A DNA stretch of 64,000 nucleotides, from NCBI GenBank assembly GCA_030829955.1, contig JAURNY010000018.1, positions 94,377 through 158,376 on the forward strand. The letters are read 5' to 3'. The translations under genes and the position numbers were made by a program. The DNA comes from Gammaproteobacteria bacterium. Lineage in GTDB: Bacteria; Pseudomonadota; Gammaproteobacteria; Eutrophobiales; Eutrophobiaceae. Within the stretch, counting starts at the first letter, position 1. Each line of letters begins with the position of its first letter. Below the pieces are notes generated by a model. That model searched no databases, had not been told where the DNA came from, and saw only the letters and a list, made by a program, of their open reading frames with translations. Positions 12,188 to 22,003 of the stretch are shown piece after piece.

Positions 12188-13327
12188 ATGAAAGTTTCCG
12201 ATTTTCTTAATGCTGATTTAAGCACGCCTTGTTATGTTTATGATCAGGCAATAATATTGGATGTGCTCGATAAGATTAATGCGCTAACAAGTAGGGTAGA
12301 TATTAAAACACTTTATTCTATCAAGGCTGCCAATAACATTCGTTTACTTGAATTTATTCGACCATATGTTAGCGGTTTTTCATGTAGTTCATTGTATGAA
12401 TTAATGTTAGCGGATGAAATCCTTGAACAGGGACAATCCAGACATTTGACTACGCCGATTTATAAGGACTATGAATGGCAAACTATTCAAACACTGGCTA
12501 ATTACGTCAGTATAAATTCTATTTCTCAATGGCAGCGTTTTAGTAAAAATAATTTGATTAGTGCCGGTTTAAGAATTAATCCAGAGCAGTCTTTTGCCAG
12601 AGACATTCGTTATGATCCATGCCGTGTTGATTCCAAATTAGGTGTCAATAGAAATCAGCTAGTTCAGGCATTCAACGATTCAATGGTATCTGTCGATAAA
12701 ATTGAAGGCATCCATTTGCATAATAATTGTGAATCAACGGATTTTGGACAGTTACAGCAGTCAGTAAATATTGTACTAACTATTCTTGATGAGTTTTCTA
12801 TAAAGCCACGATGGTTAAATCTGGGAGGCGGTTATTTATTTCACAATAGTAACTGTGATGAATTAATAACTATTGTGAATGAAATTCGTACCAGATTTGA
12901 TGTTGATATCTTTATTGAACCTGGCAAGGCGATTGTCGGACATGCCGGATATATTGTTTCCCGAGTGGTTGATATTATAAACGGTGAAAATAAAAAAATA
13001 GCCATACTTGATACGACGATTAATCATTTGCCTGAAGTATTTGAATATCAATATCGTCCTAACATTTTAAATTCGCAAAATGACAATGGTCATGAATATC
13101 GTTTGGCAGGTTGTAGTTGTTTGAGTGGTGATTTATTTGGTGATTATTACTTTGCAGAGCCATTAAACAGGGGTGATGTTGTCGTCTTTAATTCAGTCGG
13201 CGCGTATATGCAGGTGAAGGCAAACTGGTTCAATGGAATTAATATGCCAGCAACATATTTGACAGATGAAAACAAACATTTTGAGTTAATCATGCAGTAT
13301 GATTATGCTGATTTCAGAAAACGCTAA
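12188..13327 (+). CDS. nspC: carboxynorspermidine/carboxyspermidine decarboxylase (PLP-dependent, fold III)
   Basis: 379 aa. Alanine-racemase-fold decarboxylase layout, K in YSIKAAN, GGGY motif and the C-terminal CANSDC-type region. Confidence 0.7.
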   Translation: MKVSDFLNADLSTPCYVYDQAIILDVLDKINALTSRVDIKTLYSIKAANNIRLLEFIRPYVSGFSCSSLYELMLADEILEQGQSRHLTTPIYKDYEWQTIQTLANYVSINSISQWQRFSKNNLISAGLRINPEQSFARDIRYDPCRVDSKLGVNRNQLVQAFNDSMVSVDKIEGIHLHNNCESTDFGQLQQSVNIVLTILDEFSIKPRWLNLGGGYLFHNSNCDELITIVNEIRTRFDVDIFIEPGKAIVGHAGYIVSRVVDIINGENKKIAILDTTINHLPEVFEYQYRPNILNSQNDNGHEYRLAGCSCLSGDLFGDYYFAEPLNRGDVVVFNSVGAYMQVKANWFNGINMPATYLTDENKHFELIMQYDYADFRKR

Positions 13328-13382
13328 ATTTACAGTTTTATTTCACAGTGAAATAGTCAAGCTATGACAGGAAGATTAAAGA

Positions 13383-13928
13383 ATGCTTACTGAAGTCAGA
13401 GTAATTTATCTGGCTTTCCTGAAGATATGCTTGTTTAAGATTAAGCCGCAGGATATTCCAGTATCATCAAGTCTGTTGGCAATGACTATTGTTACCTATG
13501 CCATTGTGACCATGTTTTTACTTCTTGTGAGGGAAACAGTTGCCCAGGCGATTATGATGACCTTGCTTGAGGTCTCGATATTATTTGGTTTTATTTATAT
13601 CTTATTGCGACTAGTTAAAAAGCCGGAGCGAAGTTTGCAAACCTTATCAGCTTTATATGGTACCGGCACAATTCTCAGTCTTATTGTCTTGCCGTTATAT
13701 TTTATTATTAGCATGTATGATCAACAGCCTGTAAATCCGAATGTTATATTTTCTTTACTACAGTTTCTTTTGATCAGTTTAACCATATGGAATATCACCG
13801 TGATGTCCTACATCATGCGGCATTCATTTGAAGCAGGCGTATTTACCAGTGTGATGCTGGCGATTAGTTACATGTGTATTGTATTAAGTATGTCAGCATT
13901 TCTTTTTACGACAGAAGGCGTCAGTTAA
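13383..13928 (+). CDS. hypothetical polytopic inner-membrane protein
   Basis: 181 aa with 4-5 predicted hydrophobic helices. Its stop overlaps the mpl start codon (TAATG). Confidence 0.55.
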   Translation: MLTEVRVIYLAFLKICLFKIKPQDIPVSSSLLAMTIVTYAIVTMFLLLVRETVAQAIMMTLLEVSILFGFIYILLRLVKKPERSLQTLSALYGTGTILSLIVLPLYFIISMYDQQPVNPNVIFSLLQFLLISLTIWNITVMSYIMRHSFEAGVFTSVMLAISYMCIVLSMSAFLFTTEGVS

Positions 13929-15286
13929 TGCATATTCATATTCTGGGAATTTGCGGTACATTCATGGGCGGTATCGCGCAAATTGCAAAAAGTCTCGGTC
14001 ACAGGGTCACAGGGTCAGATCAAAATGTCTATCCTCCTATGAGCGATCAGTTACAGGGAATGGGGATCGAGTTGCAGGAAGGTTATCTGGCAGAACATCT
14101 TTTACCAGCTCCCGATATTGTGATTATCGGTAATACGATTTCCAGAGGGAATGCCGCACTTGAATATGTGTTGGAAAATCGCTTGCCATATTATTCCGGC
14201 CCGGAGTGGTTATATCGCGAAGTATTAATTAATAAACATGTTCTGGCAGTTTCTGGCACTCATGGTAAAACCACTACCACGACTATTTTGACCTGGATAT
14301 TGGAATATGCGGGCAAGCAGCCCGGATTTTTGATTGGTGGTGTAGCCGAAAACTTCGGTCTGACAGCGCGAATAACCGATAGTGATTATTTTGTTATCGA
14401 GGCAGATGAATACGATACGGCGTTCTCTGATAAGCGATCAAAATTTGTTCATTATCATCCAAAAACCCTGATCATGAATAATCTTGAGTTCGATCATGCT
14501 GATATCTTTCATGATATTGACGCTATCAAGCGACAATTTCATCATTTAGTCAAAATCATGCCCGCATCTGCGCAGATCATTTATCCAGCATTTGATAAGG
14601 AAATATGTTCGGTATTAGATATGGGCTATTGGTCTGAAACCGTCAGTTTTGGTGATGAGAACGCTGATTGGCATCTGTTACAAACCGCAGAAGATTTCAC
14701 AGAATTCAATATAGAAACAAAAGATGGAAAGCGGGCTACAGTCGACTGGTCGCTCTTGGGTAAACATAATGCTAACAATGCGCTGGCGGCAATTATGGCG
14801 GCTCACTATATTGGCATTGATGTCGACACTTCAATAGAGGCATTAAAGTTATTCAAGTCGGTTAAGCGCCGTCTGGAATGTATCTATCGATCTGAAGCAG
14901 TCACGTTATACGATGATTTTGCACATCACCCAACAGCGATAGAAACTACATTGCAGGCACTTCGTTCTCATGTTGGTGAGAAAAGAATAATAGCCATTAT
15001 GGAACCACGTTCAAATACGATGAAGATGGGGATTCATAAAGATACTCTGGCTAATTCCCTGAAGATTGCAGATGTAGTAATTGTATTTCAATCCGATGCT
15101 GTAAAGTGGGACATGCGCCAGCATATGGATGAACTCGGTGATAAATGTCAGGTCTTTACTGATATAGACGAGATAGTGTCAACGGTAAAATCACTGCATC
15201 AACATGGTGATCATATTGTTTTGATGAGTAATGGTGGTTTTGGTGGTATTCACAAAAAGTTAATCGAATTATTTAGTCATGAATGA
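13928..15286 (+). CDS. mpl: UDP-N-acetylmuramate:L-alanyl-gamma-D-glutamyl-meso-DAP ligase (murein peptide ligase)
   Basis: The track ORF starts with GTG at 13874, but the conserved Mpl N-terminus MHIHILGICGTFMGGIAQIA begins at the ATG at 13928. Mur ligase P-loop GTHGKTTTT. Confidence 0.88.
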   Translation: MHIHILGICGTFMGGIAQIAKSLGHRVTGSDQNVYPPMSDQLQGMGIELQEGYLAEHLLPAPDIVIIGNTISRGNAALEYVLENRLPYYSGPEWLYREVLINKHVLAVSGTHGKTTTTTILTWILEYAGKQPGFLIGGVAENFGLTARITDSDYFVIEADEYDTAFSDKRSKFVHYHPKTLIMNNLEFDHADIFHDIDAIKRQFHHLVKIMPASAQIIYPAFDKEICSVLDMGYWSETVSFGDENADWHLLQTAEDFTEFNIETKDGKRATVDWSLLGKHNANNALAAIMAAHYIGIDVDTSIEALKLFKSVKRRLECIYRSEAVTLYDDFAHHPTAIETTLQALRSHVGEKRIIAIMEPRSNTMKMGIHKDTLANSLKIADVVIVFQSDAVKWDMRQHMDELGDKCQVFTDIDEIVSTVKSLHQHGDHIVLMSNGGFGGIHKKLIELFSHE

Positions 15287-15872
15287 AATCGCAATCTTTC
15301 CATTAAATGTTGTTGTATTTCCGGAAGGGGAATTACCGTTGCGACTATTTGAGCCGCGTTATCTGGATATGGTTAAACGTTGTATGCGTAAGGATATTGG
15401 ATTTGGTATATGTTTAATCAGTAAAGGAAACGAAGCGGGTGTGCCTGCTGAGATAAATCTATTTGGTACCTATGTTCGAATTATTGATTGGGAACAATTA
15501 CCGGGTGGATTGCTAGGTATTACCGTTAAAGGTGAAAAACGCTTTCGTATAGAATCAAGCTGGCTACAGGATGATAATTTAAGAATAGCGGATATAACTT
15601 ATCTTGACGAAGATGATGATATTATTCCGGAAAACTATCAGGGATTTTCTGAACTACTAAAACAAATCGCCGAACGCTATGAACTTGAGATTGCTGATGA
15701 AGAAGAGCGTTTTGAAAAAGCAACCTGGGTGAGCGAGAGACTGGCAGAAATATTACCTTTTGAACTTTCTATGAAACAAACATTGCTGGAAATGGATAAA
15801 CCATTACAGCGTTTCGATTTAATGCAGGCTTTACTGGAAAAGGTAGAAGCAGGAGAGTTTAATCAGATTTGA
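15279..15872 (+). CDS. LON N-terminal (substrate-binding) domain protein
   Basis: 197 aa. Begins IAIFPLNVVVFPEGELPLRLFEPRYLDMV, typical of the stand-alone Lon N-domain family. Overlaps the mpl stop by 8 nt. Confidence 0.75.
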   Translation: MNEIAIFPLNVVVFPEGELPLRLFEPRYLDMVKRCMRKDIGFGICLISKGNEAGVPAEINLFGTYVRIIDWEQLPGGLLGITVKGEKRFRIESSWLQDDNLRIADITYLDEDDDIIPENYQGFSELLKQIAERYELEIADEEERFEKATWVSERLAEILPFELSMKQTLLEMDKPLQRFDLMQALLEKVEAGEFNQI

Positions 15873-16748
15873 TTAAGCAATAAATGTTGCTGAATCCGGT
15901 TCATCAATAATAGGGTTAGTTAACTTACCGATTTTCTCAATTTCTATGGTCACAGTATCACCGACATGCATGTAACCACTCGGTTTCATCTTTACGCCGA
16001 CACCACTACTGGTCCCCGTTGCAATTATATCTCCCGGTTCTAGTGTTATGACCTGAGATAAATAATGCACAAGAAAATAACAATCATAGATAAGATGTTT
16101 AGTATTTGAGTCCTGACGTTTGTCATTATTAACCCAGGTTTTAATATCCAGTTTATGTGGATCGCCAATCTCATCACGGGTAACTATCCAGGGACCAATC
16201 GGACCATGTGTGTCGAATGATTTTCCAAGCGTCCAGGTATGTGAGCGCATTTGCCAGTCACGTACGCTAACATCATTCACAATCGTATAACCGGCAATAA
16301 CTTCTTTTGCCTGTTCTAAAGTAACATTACGGCAACGTTTACCAATAACCAAACCAAGTTCACCTTCATAGTCGAGTTTTTCTGAAACCTTTGGCAAATG
16401 AATGGGTGCTCCAGTGCCAATGACACAACTATTTTGCTTATTAAAAAAGGTTGGATATTCAGGTTTATCCAATCCGGTTTCGGCAATGTGATCTGCGTAG
16501 TTTAGCGTGACACCGAATAACTTATCTGGCTTGAGAATAGGAGAGAGAATTTCAATATCATCAATATTGATACGGTCTGCATCATCATTAAGTATTTCCT
16601 GCATAGACTGAATAGCAGTAGCACCATCGGATAAAAACTGTTGCATACCTTTATCGTGATGATATGCCTCTGGGGCAGGACAGATACCCTGTGCATCTAA
16701 AACACCAACTTGAATACTGTCTTGATAACGATATGTGAGTAGTTTCAT
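15873..16748 (-). CDS. fumarylacetoacetate hydrolase (FAH) family protein
   Basis: 291 aa. FAH-fold motifs (DYEGELGLVIGK, VNDVSVRDWQ). Confidence 0.85.
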   Translation of the reverse strand: MKLLTYRYQDSIQVGVLDAQGICPAPEAYHHDKGMQQFLSDGATAIQSMQEILNDDADRINIDDIEILSPILKPDKLFGVTLNYADHIAETGLDKPEYPTFFNKQNSCVIGTGAPIHLPKVSEKLDYEGELGLVIGKRCRNVTLEQAKEVIAGYTIVNDVSVRDWQMRSHTWTLGKSFDTHGPIGPWIVTRDEIGDPHKLDIKTWVNNDKRQDSNTKHLIYDCYFLVHYLSQVITLEPGDIIATGTSSGVGVKMKPSGYMHVGDTVTIEIEKIGKLTNPIIDEPDSATFIA

Positions 16749-16766
16749 GATGAGAATCAGTTATTT

Positions 16767-17108
16767 TTAACCAATTATATCAATTGCCGCTTTAATAAAA
16801 AATCGTTCATGAGCAATGCTTTTGTGAATTAACCAATTTCTCTCTAATAGAAATTCTTTAAGTTTATTTTGAAAAGACTCAGGGCATGAATCATCTTTTT
16901 CGACTATGTTGACAGCTCTGCCTCGAGTATAAGAACGATACTTTTCTAAAAGTAGAACAGCCTTTACCTTTAACTTTGCTTTTTTTAATACAATAGAATG
17001 ACTGAGAGCATTTTCTACGTATTGAATAGCGCATACAGACTCGCCAACTAAGAAATATAGGTTTAGCTCTTGTTGTGAAGCTGTTTTAAATCTGGATTTC
17101 TTGTCCAC
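16767..17108 (-). CDS. hypothetical protein
   Basis: 113 aa, no recognisable domain. Likely co-transcribed with the FAH gene (19-nt gap). Confidence 0.4.
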   Translation of the reverse strand: MDKKSRFKTASQQELNLYFLVGESVCAIQYVENALSHSIVLKKAKLKVKAVLLLEKYRSYTRGRAVNIVEKDDSCPESFQNKLKEFLLERNWLIHKSIAHERFFIKAAIDIIG

Positions 17109-17285
17109 TTTGAATCCTTACAAAATATTTTCCATGTTCTACAATTAATTGTTTGCAAATGCTAACTTGTCAGTTGTCTTATGTTTACTTAGGGCTGTCA
17201 GTTTTATTATAAGGTAATATATGGTTTATTTAATTTTTGGCTTATTTTATTATCTAATTTGTTGAAATAATTAATAATAAGTCAG

Positions 17286-17936
17286 TTGAACAAAGAAAAA
17301 CGCTCGCTTATATTTTCTAAATTATGGGAACAGAATCCTAATCCCACTACTGAGCTCGTCTACAATTCGCCATTTGAATTATTAATTTCGGTGATCCTTT
17401 CTGCACAGGCGACCGATGTTAGTGTAAACAAGGCAACGAAACCATTATTTAAGTTTGCCAACACACCTGAAGCGATTCATGCGCTTGGGCTAACTAAGTT
17501 GAAACACTACATTAAAACCATTGGCCTTTATAATAATAAGGCGAAGAATATTATCGAGACCTGTAAAGCACTTATAGATGAGCATGATAGTGAGGTGCCA
17601 CAGGATAGAGAGGCATTAGAGAAACTTCCCGGGGTGGGAAGAAAAACGGCGAATGTGATATTAAATACGGCGTTTGGTGAACCTACTATCGCAGTGGATA
17701 CACATATCTTCAGGGTGTCGAATCGTACTGGAATTGCGCCAGGCAAAAATGTGCTGGATGTTGAAAAGAAGTTATTAAAACTTGTTCCGGATGAATTTAA
17801 AAAAGATGCGCACCATTGGCTGATTTTGCATGGACGCTATACTTGTATCGCTAGAACCCCGCGTTGTGCTAGTTGTGTTATCTTTGATGAATGTGAATGG
17901 CGACCCAGATTTAAACAGGCAGAGAAAGACAATTAA
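17286..17936 (+). CDS. nth: endonuclease III (DNA glycosylase/AP lyase)
   Basis: 216 aa with a TTG start. HhH-GPD motif (LPGVGRKTANVILN) and a C-terminal 4Fe-4S cysteine cluster (C-x6-C-x2-C-x5-C). Confidence 0.9.
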   Translation: MNKEKRSLIFSKLWEQNPNPTTELVYNSPFELLISVILSAQATDVSVNKATKPLFKFANTPEAIHALGLTKLKHYIKTIGLYNNKAKNIIETCKALIDEHDSEVPQDREALEKLPGVGRKTANVILNTAFGEPTIAVDTHIFRVSNRTGIAPGKNVLDVEKKLLKLVPDEFKKDAHHWLILHGRYTCIARTPRCASCVIFDECEWRPRFKQAEKDN

Positions 17937-17941
17937 GCATT

Positions 17942-18373
17942 ATGTTATTTAATAATCGAGATGAAACCCGCAAGGTCTTTTTTTCTGTATGGCAGAAAGT
18001 GCAGGTTGGGAAACAGCTTGAACCAATGGAGTCGATTATTGCCGATGTTATTAATCTGCACCCCGAGTATCAGAAAGTATTGGAAGACGAGGAAGAGGGT
18101 GTATTATCTGAATTCAAACAAGAGCAGGGGATGACCAACCCTTTCCTTCATATGGGATTGCATATTGCATTGCGTGAACAATTGGCAATGAATAAGCCCG
18201 ACGGGATAAAACAAATATATGAGCAACTTAGCAGACAATACCCGGATATTCATCAGCTTGAGCACAGTATGATTGATTGTCTGGCAGAAGCATTGTGGTT
18301 GGCGCAACTAAACAATACATTGCCAGATGAAAAACAATATCTCGACAAACTAAAACGATTACTAAACACATGA
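17942..18373 (+). CDS. DUF1841-family protein
   Basis: 143 aa. Recognisable DUF1841 pattern (FFSVWQK...LHPEY...NPFLHMGLHIALREQL...MIDCLAEALWLAQ). 4-nt overlap (ATGA) with the downstream phosphatase gene. Confidence 0.7.
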   Translation: MLFNNRDETRKVFFSVWQKVQVGKQLEPMESIIADVINLHPEYQKVLEDEEEGVLSEFKQEQGMTNPFLHMGLHIALREQLAMNKPDGIKQIYEQLSRQYPDIHQLEHSMIDCLAEALWLAQLNNTLPDEKQYLDKLKRLLNT

Positions 18374-19644
18374 GCCGCAATGTCTATGATTTGTTAACCT
18401 CGAAAAAGGGGCACTCTCTTGAAGAACAGCTCGCTTTACTTGCAGACATCTCACAAAGTTTTTCCAGTTCATTATATATAGAAGATACATTTCAAACTGC
18501 GATTATGCGTTTTATGGAATATATGGACGCGGAAGCAGCTTCTATTTTTTTATTACAAGGAAATAATAAAGAACTTGTGTGTATGGATTGTGCCGGTCCT
18601 TTTGATATAACCGGTTTAACGTTTGCAGCCAATCAAGGTATTGTTGGTAAAACGATTCAAACTCTTAGTTGCCAGTTAATTAGTGATGTTTCGAAAAACC
18701 CGGATTTTTCTAAAACCATTGATATTGGCACTGGTTTTCAGACCCGTTCAATATTATGTGTGCCCTTAATCGTCAATGAACAGTGTATTGGTGCGCTTGA
18801 GTTATTGAATAAAAAGAATGGCAAATTATTCGATGAAGATGATCGTCATCTATCTGTCGCACTGGCATCAGCAGCGGCGCTGGCGATTAATAACTCGAAA
18901 ATGGCAGAAGCATTACTTGAGCAGGAACGAATGCAAAAGGAACTGGAACTTGCCAGAGATATTCAGCTGGATTTATTGCCGGAAATGGATAGTGATTTTC
19001 CTATAAATAGTATCAATGTGCCTGCATATGAAGTGTCAGGTGATTTTTATGATTTCTTTAAACTTGATGATGGTCTGATCTATTTTAATCTCGCCGATGT
19101 GTCAGGTAAGGGAATGAATGCGGCTTTATTGATGGCACGTGCAAGCAGTTTATTACATCATCTGGCAAAATGTATTGATGATCCTGGCGAACTTTTAGCG
19201 CGAGTAAACGATGAATTATGTGAAACCATTTCGCATGGTATGTTTATTACGATTGTTTCCGGCTTCATTGATACAGAAACCTGCATTATCAAATTTGCCA
19301 ATGCCGGTCATCAACCACCACTATTTCATCATGCATCTGGTGATTTTGAAGAGATTCAAGCAGAAGCACCTCCCCTTGGAATATTACCCGGTGCAGAGTT
19401 TCCGGTAACGGAAATCAAATTGAATGATGGTTGTATTTATTTATTTACTGATGGCGTAACAGAAAGCATGGATGAGTCCCATCATGCATTGAATGTCGAT
19501 GGTTTAATTAATTTGATTGAGAACAACAGTAAGAAAGTCGCCTCTAAACGACTTGAAGATATTGTTGCCAGTATTCGTGATTTGGAGTTAAAACAGCGCG
19601 ATGATATCACCATGATGGTGATTGAATGTTGCAAGCATAAATAA
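18370..19644 (+). CDS. GAF-domain PP2C/SpoIIE-family serine phosphatase (RsbU/BtrU-like)
   Basis: 424 aa. N-terminal GAF domain and C-terminal PPM phosphatase (DVSGKGMNAALLMA...FTDGVTE...DDITMMVIE). Confidence 0.85.
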   Translation: MSRNVYDLLTSKKGHSLEEQLALLADISQSFSSSLYIEDTFQTAIMRFMEYMDAEAASIFLLQGNNKELVCMDCAGPFDITGLTFAANQGIVGKTIQTLSCQLISDVSKNPDFSKTIDIGTGFQTRSILCVPLIVNEQCIGALELLNKKNGKLFDEDDRHLSVALASAAALAINNSKMAEALLEQERMQKELELARDIQLDLLPEMDSDFPINSINVPAYEVSGDFYDFFKLDDGLIYFNLADVSGKGMNAALLMARASSLLHHLAKCIDDPGELLARVNDELCETISHGMFITIVSGFIDTETCIIKFANAGHQPPLFHHASGDFEEIQAEAPPLGILPGAEFPVTEIKLNDGCIYLFTDGVTESMDESHHALNVDGLINLIENNSKKVASKRLEDIVASIRDLELKQRDDITMMVIECCKHK

Positions 19645-20054
19645 TGGAAACCTTGTTTGAAATTCGTTTTCCGGCTTGTCCTGACAGATTGTGCATGATC
19701 CGTTCAATGGTCAGAAATACTGCGCGAGTTTGTGGCTGTAGTTCAGATCTGGCAGAACATTTAGTTATCGCTGTAAACGAGGCATGCATGAATGTGATTC
19801 AACATGCCTATCAGGGAGATGAACAGGGTGAAATCATTTTAAAAATGCTAAATAATGAAGGCAGCTTATATTTTAAACTATATGATTATGCGAACCCGGT
19901 TAATCTTGAAGATATAAAGTCTAGAGATTTGAATGATTTGAGGCCAGGGGGATTAGGTATAAATTTTATTAATGACATTATGGATGAATGTCATCGGGGA
20001 CATTTGGATGAGGGTAAAGGAAATTACCTCGAGATGATTAAAAAAATAACATAG
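19644..20054 (+). CDS. anti-sigma regulatory factor, HATPase_c serine kinase (RsbW/BtrW-like)
   Basis: 136 aa. GHKL N-box (AVNEACMNVIQHAY) and G-box (GGLGINFI). Start overlaps the phosphatase stop (TAATG). Confidence 0.85.
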   Translation: METLFEIRFPACPDRLCMIRSMVRNTARVCGCSSDLAEHLVIAVNEACMNVIQHAYQGDEQGEIILKMLNNEGSLYFKLYDYANPVNLEDIKSRDLNDLRPGGLGINFINDIMDECHRGHLDEGKGNYLEMIKKIT

Positions 20055-20069
20055 ATAAATAGGGTTCCC

Positions 20070-20420
20070 ATGGATATTAATATCACAAAATATGATGATT
20101 TTTCTGTTGTTGAATTAGTAGGTGATGTGGATCTTTCTTGTTCTCCCGACGCACGTACGCAAATTCTGAAAGTGTTAAATAATGAGACTGATTTAGCCGT
20201 AAATCTCGAAAAAGTGACTTATATTGATAGTTCAGGTATTGCCAGTCTGGTAGAAGGCTATCAAATAGCCAAAAAGAAACAATTGAGCTTTGCTCTGGTG
20301 TCAGCAAGTCCGGCAGTAATGAGTGTCCTAACATTGGCAAGACTAGATATGGTGTTTCCAATGTTTGCCAATCTCGAAGAATACAAAGCTAATCAAAGTG
20401 CATTAAAAAACCGGCGTTAG
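20070..20420 (+). CDS. STAS-domain anti-sigma-factor antagonist (RsbV/BtrV-like)
   Basis: 116 aa. STAS fold with the phosphorylatable serine in YIDSSGIASL. Confidence 0.88.
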   Translation: MDINITKYDDFSVVELVGDVDLSCSPDARTQILKVLNNETDLAVNLEKVTYIDSSGIASLVEGYQIAKKKQLSFALVSASPAVMSVLTLARLDMVFPMFANLEEYKANQSALKNRR

Positions 20421-20679
20421 TCGTTTTTTTATAAAAATTGCTCAGAATTAGTTAGCAGATGAAAACCCCATTTTAATGCCTGCTAATACAATCAAATCAC
20501 TATCTTTTAATTGATAAGCTTTGCCACCAATCGCTTCACCATTAACCTAAGGATGACGTTTGCCATCGCTAATTCCTATCCCCATTTAATAAAGCGCAAA
20601 CGCCGGTATTATTGAATGTAGGCAATTGTTTATATTTCTTGAGAAATTTAAGGAAGTTCTGATTACCTTAAGAGGTAGA

Positions 20680-21003
20680 TTATCTTTCAAGATAGTCAAT
20701 TTTGCCGGTTTTGTCTTTCCAGTCATCTGCGTTATCCAGAGGACTTTTCATTTCATTAATAACAGGCCATTCTTGGGAGAGTTCTGCATTGAGCTCAATA
20801 AATTCCCGCTGATTTTCTGGTACATCTTCATCAGACATGATGGCTTCTACCGGGCATTCAGGTTCGCAAAGTGTGCAGTCGATACATTCATCAGGGTCAA
20901 TCACCAACATATTGGGACCTTCATGAAAACAGTCTACCGGACAGACTTCTACACAATCAGTATATTTACACTTTATACAACTTTCTGTAACGACAAATGG
21001 CAT
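20680..21003 (-). CDS. fdxA: 7Fe ferredoxin ([3Fe-4S][4Fe-4S], FdxA type)
   Basis: 107 aa. [18 protein letters not shown] and [12 protein letters not shown] cysteine clusters. Confidence 0.9.
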   Translation of the reverse strand: MPFVVTESCIKCKYTDCVEVCPVDCFHEGPNMLVIDPDECIDCTLCEPECPVEAIMSDEDVPENQREFIELNAELSQEWPVINEMKSPLDNADDWKDKTGKIDYLER

Positions 21004-21077
21004 CGAATTTACCTATATTTATTTCTTAATTTATTGAAAGTGCGCATCATACTAGTTCCTGCTGCAGCACAAAAGCC

Positions 21078-21998
21078 TTAATTATCGTTACGCAGCAGTT
21101 CGGAGATTTCATCTGCCAGCGCAGTGCCTTTACTGAATTCGGCGATAGAGATTTGTTGTTGATGCAAGGCATTCATAAGCTGTATCTGTATTGTGTTGGC
21201 ATCACTATCCTTACAAAAGATTTGGATTTTCCTAGAGTCTTTGATGTCCACTTCAATTCGCTCTATGTTATTAATTTGCTTAAATATATCATTGATATTA
21301 GAGGGGGCATTCTGCTCAAGAAAGATACGGAAACACTGGCTTACACGCTTTAATTCTCCAACCGAGGTCGTTTTAACAAGTTTTCCCCGATTTAGCACAA
21401 CGATCTGTTGGCATATTCCCTCGATTTCTCCCAGATTATGTGAACTGATCATTAGACGATGATCAGCTGCAAGTTGTTTTAATAGCAGGTGTATATCATT
21501 AACGGCAACGGGGTCCAGACCCGAGGTTGGTTCGTCCAACATGATTAATTCGGGTTTGCCGATTAATGCCTGCGCCAACATGACTTTTTTTCGTTGACCA
21601 AAACTTAACGTTTCGGGGTATTGTATAGCCAGTGGCATGATATTGATCAGTGACAACACACGCTCGGTTTCGGTTCTTGCGGAAGCACGTGAAAAACCCT
21701 GCAGGCGCGCGAAATGACATAGTTGATGAAAAACGCTGATACTTCTGAACATGTTGATATCTTGGGGCAGGATGCTGATTCTGCCTTTCAAATTCTCACT
21801 ATGCGCAGATTTACCAAATATTTTGATATCACCTTTAGTTGGCCGTGTAAATCCGCACAACAGTGCAAATAAGGTTGATTTCCCGGCACCATTCGCACCG
21901 ACCAGACCAGTCGGTTCATTACCTATTAGTTCAAGATCTAATTCATCCAGCGCTTTAAGGCTGCCGTAGTGTTTTGATAATGAGTGGCAGGTAATCAT
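21078..21998 (-). CDS. ABC transporter ATP-binding protein with a ~80-aa C-terminal extension
   Basis: 306 aa. Walker A GANGAGKST, signature LSFGQRKKV, Walker B LIMLDEPTSGLD. Confidence 0.88.
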   Translation of the reverse strand: MITCHSLSKHYGSLKALDELDLELIGNEPTGLVGANGAGKSTLFALLCGFTRPTKGDIKIFGKSAHSENLKGRISILPQDINMFRSISVFHQLCHFARLQGFSRASARTETERVLSLINIMPLAIQYPETLSFGQRKKVMLAQALIGKPELIMLDEPTSGLDPVAVNDIHLLLKQLAADHRLMISSHNLGEIEGICQQIVVLNRGKLVKTTSVGELKRVSQCFRIFLEQNAPSNINDIFKQINNIERIEVDIKDSRKIQIFCKDSDANTIQIQLMNALHQQQISIAEFSKGTALADEISELLRNDN

Positions 21999-22003
21999 GG
22001 CTA

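Noticed and set aside
20405-20430. A-run / T-run hairpin-like element aaaaaaccggcgttagtcgttttttt at the end of the STAS gene
   Set aside because: The stem would be almost pure A:T with an 11-nt loop containing the stop codon. Too weak to call an intrinsic terminator, although the T-run may aid termination.
20626-21081. 151-aa plus-strand ORF
   Set aside because: Antisense to fdxA, which has unambiguous ferredoxin Cys clusters. The ORF spans the fdxA promoter region with no RBS. Judged spurious.
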